Shown: positions 18,339 to 27,423, counted from the first letter of the stretch. The stretch is DNA of 64,000 bases from Cenarchaeum sp. (GCA_963693095.2 OY843768.1:288001-352000); one strand, 5' to 3'. Program-made: numbers and translations. The notes: generated from the sequence alone by a model not told the origin.

Positions 18339-18659
18339 GGCTCTGTCCATGAATGATTCCGCAAAAGGATAGCAAAGCTTTTAGATCAAGGGCAGGCCGA
18401 CTCAATAGCCCCTAGATCGGCGCGCCGGCCCCACCGCAATGACTGCAAGGAACAGGGGATGCGCGAGCTCGAGGGCGGTCTTTGCCACCCTCGTGTAGCT
18501 GTGCATGGGGGCGATCCGTAGGGAACCAGGGGCCGTGGGAAACCGCCTCGTCGGGGCAGCACTGCCTTGATCCCGGGCGTGATCCGGCATCGGGGAGCCA
18601 GAACTTCACACCGTGCCATTCTCCGGCTCTGTGGCCCGCGCCCACTCGTGGACAGGGCA
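18339..18659 (+). mobile_element. second deleted IS5 derivative (MITE-like)
   Basis: Left TIR and 5' region nearly identical to 13153 onward; degenerate right TIR ACTCGTGGACAGGGC. Confidence 0.75.
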
Positions 18660-18703
18660 CTGCGTGCCTGATCACTTTTAAAGCCACGCCTGCGCGGCGG
18701 GGC

Positions 18704-19624
18704 ATGATGGCCAGGGCAATCCCCCTAGCGGTGCTCGCGCTCGCGGCGCTCATTCCGGTTGCGGCCGCCGAGACGATCACCGTCGATCTTGACGGGCAGG
18801 ACATTGACATCACGTATGAGGCAACTGATGTTGAGGTTCTTGGCGCATACTTTAGCGGCCCATCGATCTTTTTTGAAGTCGAACCTTCCGGTAGTCAGGG
18901 TTCCTTGGTCGTGACGCTTGAGCGCAGCGTGATCGACACGTTCAAGATAGCCGGCGAGGATTCGCCGTACATTGTGCTGCTCGGCGTTATAGAGATCGAC
19001 ACGTTTGAGGAGTCAGACACGACTGCAACGAGCCGAACGCTTCGCATACCGCTAGAGTTTGACACTGCCGAGATCGAGATTTTGGGCGAGATTGTCGGCG
19101 GATCGGCCGAGCCTGCGGCTAGCACGCCTGAAGAGCCTGTCGATGACGTCCCTGTGGACGATGCCATGATGGCCGATGTCCCCGAGGACACCACCGCAGA
19201 GCTCCCTGATGACGTGGCGCCTGCGCCGCCTGCCCCGCCGGAGGACGCGACATCGGATGTCTCTGAGGAGCCGGCGATGGAGGCTGGCCAGATGGAGGAT
19301 GGTGCGATGATGGAGCAGGTGGAGGATGCAATGATGATGGAGGATGACGCAATGATGCAGATGGAGGACGGCATGATGGAGCAGACGGAGGGCGAGATGA
19401 TGGAGCCTGACGCAATGGATGACACCATGATGCGCGACTCGTCGCCCGTGTGCGGACAGGGCACAGTTCTTGCCGCTGACGGCATGACATGTGTCCTGTC
19501 GTCCATGTCCTCCTCGCAGCCAGTCTCATACAGGGAACTCGTCTTTGGCGCCGGTGCCGGATTTGTCATATCGATAATACTCGTTATCATAATGGTCGGC
19601 ATTGGACGCGCCGCAAGGCCATAG
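18704..19624 (+). CDS. secreted, membrane-anchored protein with acidic Met-rich linker
   Basis: Signal peptide (ARAIPLAVLALAALIPVAAA), beta-rich domain, D/E/M-rich tract, CGQGTVL..C motif, C-terminal TM helix. Confidence 0.8.
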   Translation: MMARAIPLAVLALAALIPVAAAETITVDLDGQDIDITYEATDVEVLGAYFSGPSIFFEVEPSGSQGSLVVTLERSVIDTFKIAGEDSPYIVLLGVIEIDTFEESDTTATSRTLRIPLEFDTAEIEILGEIVGGSAEPAASTPEEPVDDVPVDDAMMADVPEDTTAELPDDVAPAPPAPPEDATSDVSEEPAMEAGQMEDGAMMEQVEDAMMMEDDAMMQMEDGMMEQTEGEMMEPDAMDDTMMRDSSPVCGQGTVLAADGMTCVLSSMSSSQPVSYRELVFGAGAGFVISIILVIIMVGIGRAARP

Positions 19625-19630
19625 CGCGCC

Positions 19631-20302
19631 TCACTGTGCGACAAGCTTTTTGATTAGCCCCTCTATGCGCCCACCAGAGGCGTCCTGGCCAAAGGCGACG
19701 TCGTGCAGCATGCCCTTTCGGTCAACGAGTATGCTCGATGGCGTCCCGCGCAGCCGGTACATCTCAAAGGTCGATGCGGTGTACTCTTTTTTTGACAGGT
19801 GGTCGCGAACCTGGGCCATCACCTGCTCCCTGTATGGGGCCGGCTTTGAGTCAAAGTCCGGCAACTGCGAGTGGATGAACTCCATGACCTGGGCTGTGTC
19901 TGCCCCGCCGGCCGGCGCCTTTTCGAGGCGGTCAAGGCCGACTGGAAACGGTATCTTGTAGGTGAGCCTGTTGCCGTCGAGTAGGCCGTTCTGGCCCAGC
20001 GCGCCGAGCGTGTCGCCGATGACCTCGCCGGTCTCTAGCAGGAGGCGCAGGTTCTCTGGCGTGTTCTTGTCATGGTCCTCAAATGCCGTCGCGACGCCTA
20101 GGACGCGCACGCCCTCCTCGCGGTACTTTGTGTATATCGAGACGGCCTCAGGCAGCGCATAGACAAAGCAGCCGGGGCAGTTGACCTGAAAGACCTCGAC
20201 GAGGACGACGTGGTCATCCTCGGCATCAAGGTTTGTCGGCAGGCCCTGAACCCACTCGGAGACATCCAGGTTTGGCGCCCTCTGCCCTATCTCCACGTCC
20301 AT
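19631..20302 (-). CDS. TlpA/redoxin-family thiol-disulfide oxidoreductase
   Basis: VLVEVFQVNCPGC, LRGTPSSILVDRKG. Confidence 0.85.
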   Translation of the reverse strand: MDVEIGQRAPNLDVSEWVQGLPTNLDAEDDHVVLVEVFQVNCPGCFVYALPEAVSIYTKYREEGVRVLGVATAFEDHDKNTPENLRLLLETGEVIGDTLGALGQNGLLDGNRLTYKIPFPVGLDRLEKAPAGGADTAQVMEFIHSQLPDFDSKPAPYREQVMAQVRDHLSKKEYTASTFEMYRLRGTPSSILVDRKGMLHDVAFGQDASGGRIEGLIKKLVAQ

Positions 20303-20689
20303 TGGCTCACGCCGCATGCGTGTTGCGATAAAAACATAGCTGCCCCATACACGCCCGTGAGGGCCGCCCTGGCCGTTCATGCGCAACTGTGCTGCGCCGG
20401 CGCCATGCTGCCCCCTGGCAGCCCCGTCTCTGGCGCAACATGGCCGCGTGCCGTCCCCGGACGCCAATGGTGGCCGGAGCACCCCTGTTCCCCGCCACAC
20501 AAAATGTGGGAGCGCGAGGGCAACGCGGCCTGCCATGCGGTGCGCGATTCGCAATGCTTGCGCGCCTGCGCGACATGAATGTGGAAGCACCTGGCATTGC
20601 GGGGCACTGCATCATCCAATCATCAACATTACGTGTCGCCGATGCCGCACCGCGCGCCACACCATGGCAGGCCGTGGCGCCACCATACA

Positions 20690-21430
20690 CTAGAGGAGAA
20701 ACTCGGCGGCATTCCTTCCCTCCGCGGTAAGGTGAACCCATCGGTTCCTGCCGACCTTTTTGACCTTGACAAAGCCCCACCTCGACTCTAGTGGCTGTAT
20801 GATGTTCTTGTCGAGGCTGGCAAAGCGCACCTGTGAATAGTTTCCCTTTGGCGAGCTTATCTTTATGATCCCCCTGTCATCGACTGCCTGCGCGAGGTCC
20901 TTTTTTGTGATCTTGCCGCCGCTCTCGCTTATTATCCCTAGCGTGCTGACTAGCCTGGGCTCTGGCGTCTGGATCTCGTATGAGGGAATGCTGACTATCT
21001 CCTTTATGCCTGTCGAGATCTGCCTGCCCTCAAAGGCCGCATAGTTTTGGGCCTCTGTGTAGAACGGCGTCACGTTGTGGCCAGGGTTGAACATCATGGT
21101 GGCCATCATTCCGGCGATCGCCTGGATCTTTGAGCCTGATGCGAGGTTTACAAACACGTCGTTGCCGGCCTCGACGTCGAGTATGTGCCTTATCGCCCTG
21201 ATTATCCCAAAGAGCGCGCGCCGGTCATGGGGCTCGCGGATGACCTCGATCCCGCCGCCCTCTAGCGCGTCGGCGACCTGCTCTATTATGCCGGTGGCCT
21301 TGTCCTCGGCGGGCTTGTCGTGAACCAGGAGCCACACGCGCTCGGCCTTTAGCTTGCCTGCGGGCATGACTATGCGGTCGACCTCGTACCCTATGGGGGC
21401 GATGTGGACGCGTGCTCTCACTATCGACAT
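20690..21430 (-). CDS. DUF6293/Csa3-like CARF-type Rossmann + winged-HTH regulator
   Basis: RVHIAPIGYEVDRIV, VFVNLASGSK, C-terminal wHTH (IIQPL...GRNRWVHLTAEG). Confidence 0.75.
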   Translation of the reverse strand: MSIVRARVHIAPIGYEVDRIVMPAGKLKAERVWLLVHDKPAEDKATGIIEQVADALEGGGIEVIREPHDRRALFGIIRAIRHILDVEAGNDVFVNLASGSKIQAIAGMMATMMFNPGHNVTPFYTEAQNYAAFEGRQISTGIKEIVSIPSYEIQTPEPRLVSTLGIISESGGKITKKDLAQAVDDRGIIKISSPKGNYSQVRFASLDKNIIQPLESRWGFVKVKKVGRNRWVHLTAEGRNAAEFLL

Positions 21431-21440
21431 TGTATGTTCA

Positions 21441-21491
21441 GTATCCACACTATGTTGATGATACATAATAAACTATACTCTGTATCCACAC
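21441..21491. promoter_or_regulatory. divergent promoter region with direct repeat GTATCCACAC x2 (candidate operator)
   Basis: GTATCCACAC at 21441 and 21482 flanking an AT-rich core between the two divergent starts. Confidence 0.4.
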
Positions 21492-21493
21492 GC

Positions 21494-21907
21494 ATGACAC
21501 AGTCGATCGCCCTTGACACGTGCGTCGTGATAGCGATGCTTGAGCGGCCCCGCCTTGCACGGTCCATAAGGAAGGCCCTGCGCGGCAGGTGCGGCAGGGT
21601 CTTTCTGCCTGACACGGTCATAGACGAGGTTGGGCGCGTCCGTGGCCATGGCGCACGGTCCGTGAGCGGCAGGATCGCGCGCCTTCTTGGCAGGGACATC
21701 TCTGTCATCGTGACCACGCCGGCGCACCGTGAGCACGCGCGCAAGCTCACGTCGCGCTATGCTGTGTGCCACGCCGGCGACAACCTGATCGTCGCAGTCT
21801 GCGCCGCTCTTGACCTCGCCCTGCTCACCTTTGATCGCATGCTCCTGACGGCCTGCTCGTTTGTGGGCATTGCGGCGTTTCGTCCATCCGAGATGAGGGG
21901 ATTCTAG
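21494..21907 (+). CDS. PIN-domain (VapC-like) ribonuclease
   Basis: IALDTCVV, TVIDE, GDNLIVA, LLTFDR: the four acidic PIN positions. Confidence 0.8.
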   Translation: MTQSIALDTCVVIAMLERPRLARSIRKALRGRCGRVFLPDTVIDEVGRVRGHGARSVSGRIARLLGRDISVIVTTPAHREHARKLTSRYAVCHAGDNLIVAVCAALDLALLTFDRMLLTACSFVGIAAFRPSEMRGF

Positions 21908-22444
21908 GTGCGCACCACAGAACGCATCCTGTCAGCCGCGCGCCATGGTGGTGCGGCGTGCCGGCCCCACCTGGCGCTGCGTGGCCATGCTGGGCTCGTC
22001 GAGTGCGTCCACGCGCCTGCGCGCCCAGTGCAGCGGACGCTTGATGATGACATGCTGCCGCTGCAGGATGCGCGCACGGAGAGTGACATAAAGCACCAGC
22101 ATATTGTCTACCGCCTTATCAACGGAAAGCGCGATGTGCCCGAAACGCCGATTGACTTTCTTGGAACCACGCGCGAGATGGAGGGGCTCGTGTATGGCAT
22201 GGAGAACTTTATCTGCCTCACCAACAAGAATGTGGCCAGGGGCGGGTTTGTCCAGTTTATGCGCCTTGAGCGTGATGAATGGTATGTTGACATTCCTATC
22301 AACATGGGCAGGGGCTGGGATGGTTATGTGTGGGGCTGCGATGCGGACACGCGCCTGCTCACCGACACGCTGCGCCTCTTTTTTGAGGAGGTTCCGTGGT
22401 TTGGCATGCTGCCCTGGACAATGCGCCGCGTCGCGCATTCCTGA
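21908..22444 (+). CDS. hypothetical protein (true start probably near 22052)
   Basis: Protein-like C-terminal part (ENFICLTN..GFVQFMRL..WYVDIPI..LRLFFEEVPWFGML). Confidence 0.55.
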   Translation: MRTTERILSAARHGGAACRPHLALRGHAGLVECVHAPARPVQRTLDDDMLPLQDARTESDIKHQHIVYRLINGKRDVPETPIDFLGTTREMEGLVYGMENFICLTNKNVARGGFVQFMRLERDEWYVDIPINMGRGWDGYVWGCDADTRLLTDTLRLFFEEVPWFGMLPWTMRRVAHS

Positions 22445-22492
22445 GCCCTGGCCGGGAAAGGTATAATTGGCTCTGGCCTGCGCGCGCGGACG

Positions 22493-22936
22493 TTGAGGAT
22501 CACAAGTCCGGCATTTGCCGACGGTGGGGAGATTCCGCGCCGGTGCGGGTACAAGAACGGCAACGAGCGGCCGACCCTCCTGGTTGCTGACGTGCCCGAC
22601 GGCGCTAGGTCGCTTGCAGTCATCATGGACGATCCTGACGCAGTCGCCGCAGTCGGCAAGCAGTGGGTCCACTGGACGGCGTGGAACATTGGCGCTGACG
22701 CAGCCGAGCTCTCGGCGTCGCTGCCTGCAGGCGCACTGGAGGGGACGACTGACTTTGGCGAGGTCGGGTATGGGGGGCCTGCCCCGCCTGACGGCGAGCA
22801 CACGTACCTGTTTGCGCTCCATGCGCTTGACACAACGCTTGATCTCGCAAGCGGCGCGACTAGGGCAGAGCTCGACTCGGCGATACACGGGCACATTGTG
22901 GAGACTGCGATGCTCCGTGGCCGCTATGCGCCCTAG
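22493..22936 (+). CDS. YbhB/YbcL (PEBP/RKIP) family protein
   Basis: ITSPAFADG, MDDPDA, WVHW, GYGGPAPP, HTYLFALHALD. Confidence 0.92.
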   Translation: MRITSPAFADGGEIPRRCGYKNGNERPTLLVADVPDGARSLAVIMDDPDAVAAVGKQWVHWTAWNIGADAAELSASLPAGALEGTTDFGEVGYGGPAPPDGEHTYLFALHALDTTLDLASGATRAELDSAIHGHIVETAMLRGRYAP

Positions 22937-23060
22937 GAGGCTCGTGGGACGTCGCTGCCCTGTTGCGCACGCAGGCAAACAGCCGACGTGGCCGTGGCGC
23001 CTATGGTGGCTGACGGCAGCCAGAGTTTTAAATATCCCCAGAGGCGCTGGGGCGGCTAGC

Positions 23061-23513
23061 ATGAGCACCTCGACAACACAGAGTTGCGGCACATGGATGA
23101 TGTTGGAGGACTGGAAACAAGTCAAAGACATCACAATCACGTTTTCGAATGGTGACCCCATAGCATCCGGGCCAGAGCCAAATGGTGACCCCATAGCATC
23201 CGGGCCAGAGCCAAATGGTGACCCCATGGCATCCGGGCCAGAGCCAAATGGTGACCCCATGGCATCCGGGCCAGAGCCAAATGGTGACCCCATGGCATCC
23301 GGGCCAGAGCCAAATGGTGACCCCATAGCATCCGGGCCAGAGCCAAATGAAGAACCCGTGCGGATAATTTCTAGAGGCGTCGAAGAGATCATACACTATA
23401 GCGAACAACGCATGGAATATGGAAAGCTATATCCCATAGAATGGTATGGTGAAAAGTTTGTGCTAGTAAAGCGTGATAACAAGATCACCATGTTGGCTGA
23501 AGATGAAGTTTAA
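23061..23513 (+). CDS. hypothetical protein containing six 11-aa tandem repeats
   Basis: ATG ~30 nt after TTTTAAAA; (NGDP[I/M]ASGPEP)x6. Confidence 0.65.
   Translation: MSTSTTQSCGTWMMLEDWKQVKDITITFSNGDPIASGPEPNGDPIASGPEPNGDPMASGPEPNGDPMASGPEPNGDPMASGPEPNGDPIASGPEPNEEPVRIISRGVEEIIHYSEQRMEYGKLYPIEWYGEKFVLVKRDNKITMLAEDEV
23148..23345 (+). repeat. 33-bp coding tandem repeat, 6 copies
   Basis: AATGGTGACCCCAT(A/G)GCATCCGGGCCAGAGCCA, contiguous with no spacers. Confidence 0.95.
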
Positions 23514-24150
23514 AGTTGGCGGCAAGGTCAGCGGAATGCCAGTGGCATGATGCCCGCTATTGGGCTTGGATTAAAGTAGAATAAATGGACAGATGTGCCA
23601 ATTACACGGTGTGACGGCCGTGTGAAACATGCCACAAAACATGTCATTGACACACATCATGGCAATGTGGGGGCTGTTTCCTGTAAACAAGTCTGCTGTA
23701 CACAAAAGGGTCATGGCCACCTTCCCCTCAAAGCAATGAAAAATGTTTCCCATGTGTGTGTCGTGAAAGATGGCGGGATGATGATCACTGTCTAGTCTGC
23801 AACCCAAAAAATCACCGACATTGGCAAATGAAAGGGTGACATGTTTGGCATTTCTAACGTTGTCATGTATGCGAAAAAAGGGGTTAGAGGGGAAAAGCCA
23901 TCATCACGAGCACGGTATCTTGCCCATGCCCACTCTGCCCGTGATGTGCCCACGGCCACGCTGGCCTCGGAGGATCCCTTGAGGATGCCGCCAGACCCCA
24001 CATATGCCGTTCGCCGACTCTGCCTGCGAGGCAGCGTCGCGCTGCCCTGCGGGAGTCATCCGCACCCAGATCTCTTCAGGGTCGTTCCCGTCATGGCACA
24101 TCGAGAGTTGCCGACAGGCCGACAAAAGAATAATAACCAATGTTTGGGCC

Positions 24151-26469
24151 ATGCGTCCTGTAGTGCTTGAAAGGAGGCTCCTCTCTGTGGGATCACGCGA
24201 GTTCCGGACGCGACACCTCATAGTGATCGCGGTCCTTGCCCTCTCATTTACGGTCTCGGCCCTGATCAGGGCACAGCCTGCCGAGTATGGGTTTACGCTC
24301 CACGAGTTTGACCCGTTCTTCAACTATCGCGCAACAGAGTTTCTCGTGGAGAACGGCCTTGGGGCGTATGCGGACTGGCATGATGACCTCAGCTGGTATC
24401 CTGAAGGCCGCGACATATCGCGCACGTCACAGTTCATGCAGCACGCCACGGCCGCCGCCCTCTATGGCGTCTTTGGCGGGGGCTCGGAGCTCCTAGACTT
24501 TGTCATCGTCCTGCCGCTAGTCCTCGGCGCGCTGACGGGCATTGCAGTCTTTGCGCTTGTGCGCGTGATTGCCGGAACCACCGCAGGCCTCCTCGCGTCG
24601 CTCTTTTACGCCGTGTCAGTGCCCATAATCATACGCGGCCCCATAGGGTGGTTCAAGGCCGAGCCCATCGGCCTCTTTTACGGCGTCATCGGCGTGTATC
24701 TGTTCCTTAGCGGCATAACCTCGTCCAACCGGCGCGAGGCGGCAATCAGGCTAGCCGGCGCCGGAATTGTAATGTCCATGGCACTCTCTGCATGGGGCGG
24801 CACGCAGTTCTTTATCATTCCGCTAGGGCTCTTTTTCATGGCACTTCCGTTCATCAGGAGGGATCACTCGTTTCTCCTGTGGGCAGTCCCGCTCTTCGTC
24901 GGCGTCCTCCTTGCCTCGTCTGCGGCCTTTGAGAGGCCCGGTGCGTCTTTTGCCCTTGGCCTCGGGGGCGCAGCGCTGGCAGTTCCGGCAATAGTCATGG
25001 TCGCGTGCATATTCATACAGCGCGCAAGCCCGGCTGCCTCTGCAATGCGAAACTCGCTGGCCCTCGTGCTCGGCGTGGTCATCATAACTGCTGCCATATT
25101 TGCGGTGAACAGCCAGACAGACTCCCTTGACCTGCCAAGCTTTCGCTACCTTAATGCGATAAACCCGTTTCTGACCACAGTCGACCCACTTGTAGACTCG
25201 GTCTCTGAGCACGTCTCGCTGACGCTTCGCCAGTCGTTCTTTTTCATGTCAGTTCTCATGATCTTTGCCGGCATTGGGGCGTGGCTCCTCCTGTCGCGGC
25301 GCGACCGCCTTGACTCGTACGGCGTGCCGTTGCGCACGGACATGGCAGTCTATGCGATGATGATGGGGTTTGCCGGAGTCTATGTCGCCTCGGCATTCAC
25401 GAGGCTTGCGGTATTCTCGTCAGTCGCAGTGGTGATCCTGGCCTCGATAGGCATCGCCATCCTCGCCGCACTGGTCTTCTCCAACCCACGCGCCGGAATT
25501 GGCGTAAAGTCCGGATTCGTCGTGGCAGTTGTGGCCATGCTCATAGTTCCCATGACTGCCCCCGCTGAGGGAAACTGGATCACCACGGTCAACAATCCGC
25601 CCCCGATACTCAACGGTGGCTCGGTCTTTGACATCGCGACGCAGGACTGGCCGCTTGCCCTTGAGTGGATACGCGCCGAGACGCCCGAGGACTCGATCAT
25701 AATGTCGTGGTGGGACTATGGCTATTGGATTGAGACGCTCGCAAACCGCACGACGCTGGTGGACAACCTGACCGTCTCGACTGGCAAGATACAGAACATT
25801 GCGCAGATCTTTTACAGTGAGCCGCCTGAGGCGTGGGAGCGAATGAACGACCTCGGGGTCGACTATGCGGTAATCTACATCGCCGCGCGCAACGTTGGCA
25901 TTCCCGAGAGGCCCCTCTACACGCTTGCCGGAGGGGGAGACGAGACAAAGCGGGTCTGGCTCGCAAGAATCGCCGGCGTTGACGAGTCAGATTACCTCTA
26001 TGGGGACTCTGTTACCCCCAAGGAGAGCTTTAATGACACGATCTATGGGCTGATGACGCCATTCACGCACGCGACATACGGCAACATTGCCACGGGCCTA
26101 AAGTCCGTCAGGTGGCAGCCGGGCTTTATCTCCATATATGAAAAGGACGTGCACTTTCCGGCCGACGGGGACGGCCCGTTGCGCCTCGTCTACTCGTCAC
26201 CGTCCTTTGACGAGGACCATGACTCTAGGATTAACGGCGTGTTTGTGTACGAGCTCAACCGCGACTATGTCCCCCCAGCTCCCGAGCCTGTCATGGTCCC
26301 GATCACGACGATCCCGTTTATGGAGGGGGTGACGGGCGATGACGCCGATGCGATGGCCATGGACGAGACTGTCGGTGGCGAGATGGCCATGGAGGGGGCG
26401 ATGGGCGATGACGCCGATGCTATGGCCATGGACGAGACTGCCGATGGCGACGAGCCTGTCGAGCCCTAG
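24151..26469 (+). CDS. aglB: oligosaccharyltransferase AglB/STT3
   Basis: HEFDPFFNYR, multiple TM helices, SVSEH, SWWDYGYWI motif. Confidence 0.93.
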   Translation: MRPVVLERRLLSVGSREFRTRHLIVIAVLALSFTVSALIRAQPAEYGFTLHEFDPFFNYRATEFLVENGLGAYADWHDDLSWYPEGRDISRTSQFMQHATAAALYGVFGGGSELLDFVIVLPLVLGALTGIAVFALVRVIAGTTAGLLASLFYAVSVPIIIRGPIGWFKAEPIGLFYGVIGVYLFLSGITSSNRREAAIRLAGAGIVMSMALSAWGGTQFFIIPLGLFFMALPFIRRDHSFLLWAVPLFVGVLLASSAAFERPGASFALGLGGAALAVPAIVMVACIFIQRASPAASAMRNSLALVLGVVIITAAIFAVNSQTDSLDLPSFRYLNAINPFLTTVDPLVDSVSEHVSLTLRQSFFFMSVLMIFAGIGAWLLLSRRDRLDSYGVPLRTDMAVYAMMMGFAGVYVASAFTRLAVFSSVAVVILASIGIAILAALVFSNPRAGIGVKSGFVVAVVAMLIVPMTAPAEGNWITTVNNPPPILNGGSVFDIATQDWPLALEWIRAETPEDSIIMSWWDYGYWIETLANRTTLVDNLTVSTGKIQNIAQIFYSEPPEAWERMNDLGVDYAVIYIAARNVGIPERPLYTLAGGGDETKRVWLARIAGVDESDYLYGDSVTPKESFNDTIYGLMTPFTHATYGNIATGLKSVRWQPGFISIYEKDVHFPADGDGPLRLVYSSPSFDEDHDSRINGVFVYELNRDYVPPAPEPVMVPITTIPFMEGVTGDDADAMAMDETVGGEMAMEGAMGDDADAMAMDETADGDEPVEP

Positions 26470-26628
26470 CTATTCCTCGTAGCGTTCGGCGAGCCTATAG
26501 CGCATATACTTGTCATCCGGTGAGAACTTTCCCGGATGCGCTGAGCGTGTCTCGCCGCTGCACTTGGGGCAGCTCTCCTTTAGCGTGTACTTGCCACACT
26601 CGACGCACCGGCGCATCATAAACCGCAT
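26470..26628 (-). CDS. nop10: H/ACA RNP protein Nop10 (not in ORF track)
   Basis: Manual translation MRFMMRRCVECGKYTLKESCPKCSGETRSAHPGKFSPDDKYMRYR; follows aIF2-alpha as is conserved in archaea. Confidence 0.93.
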   Translation of the reverse strand: MRFMMRRCVECGKYTLKESCPKCSGETRSAHPGKFSPDDKYMRYRLAERYEE

Positions 26629-26631
26629 GGA

Positions 26632-27423
26632 CTATTCCTCCCTTACCTTCTTTGATTCCTCGCGCGCAAACTCGTACGTGCCCTTTTTTCCTATCTTTGC
26701 CTGTATTGTGGCAAGTATTGGCTTTAGCTCCTTTTCGGCTGACTTGAAGTCCGGCGCGCTGACTGCAATCCTGTATTTTGGCGCACCGAGATACGTGATG
26801 CTGGCCATCTTGCTCTTTTTTGTCGCGCTCTGCAGCGTGTTGATTATTGTCTCGACACCGTCTGGCGTGGGCACCCTTATCTTGAGGACGCCGCGTATCT
26901 CCACTGAGGGGAGCCTTATCTTGGAACATGCGTCTGATATTGCGTCGATGACCTTTTTGCCGAGCTTTAGCGCTGAAAGGGTCTCCGTGCCGTTCCTGGC
27001 GACGTCCATGAACACGTCATAGATCGAGTCGCCCTTTGAGTAGAGCTTGTCCTCAAGCGCACTCGTCTCCTCCTCAGAAAGTTCCGCCTTTTCCCTGATG
27101 CTCTTGAGGAGCGTCAGGCCCTTTTCATACCTCTTTACCTCTAGGAGCTTTTTCTTTCTCTGGTCATTGGACACCTGCTTTAGGGACAGGTCAATGTCGG
27201 CCCTCTCCTCGTTGACGCGCTTTACGAGGAGGATCTTTTTCTCGTTGACGCGAACAAACTTGGAGACAGAGCGTATCCAGCCCGGCGCAAGCTCGCTGAT
27301 GTGGAGAAAGCCAGACATGTCACCGTACTCGTCCAGTGTGACGTATGCCCCATGGTCCATCACCTTTGAGACCGTCGCGAGGACTATCTCGCCGCGGACG
27401 GGCATCTCGCGCTCTTGTGCCAT
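26632..27423 (-). CDS. eif2a: translation initiation factor aIF2 alpha
   Basis: S1 domain GAYVTLDEY...LHISE, IDLSLK, YLGAPKYRI. Confidence 0.95.
   Translation of the reverse strand: MAQEREMPVRGEIVLATVSKVMDHGAYVTLDEYGDMSGFLHISELAPGWIRSVSKFVRVNEKKILLVKRVNEERADIDLSLKQVSNDQRKKKLLEVKRYEKGLTLLKSIREKAELSEEETSALEDKLYSKGDSIYDVFMDVARNGTETLSALKLGKKVIDAISDACSKIRLPSVEIRGVLKIRVPTPDGVETIINTLQSATKKSKMASITYLGAPKYRIAVSAPDFKSAEKELKPILATIQAKIGKKGTYEFAREESKKVREE

Noticed and set aside
20303-20689. Overlapping short ORFs in the redoxin-regulator gap
   Set aside because: No motif or consistent coding signal; treated as intergenic
23148-23345. 33-bp repeats as a CRISPR array
   Set aside because: Copies are contiguous with no spacers and are in-frame coding; no cas operon
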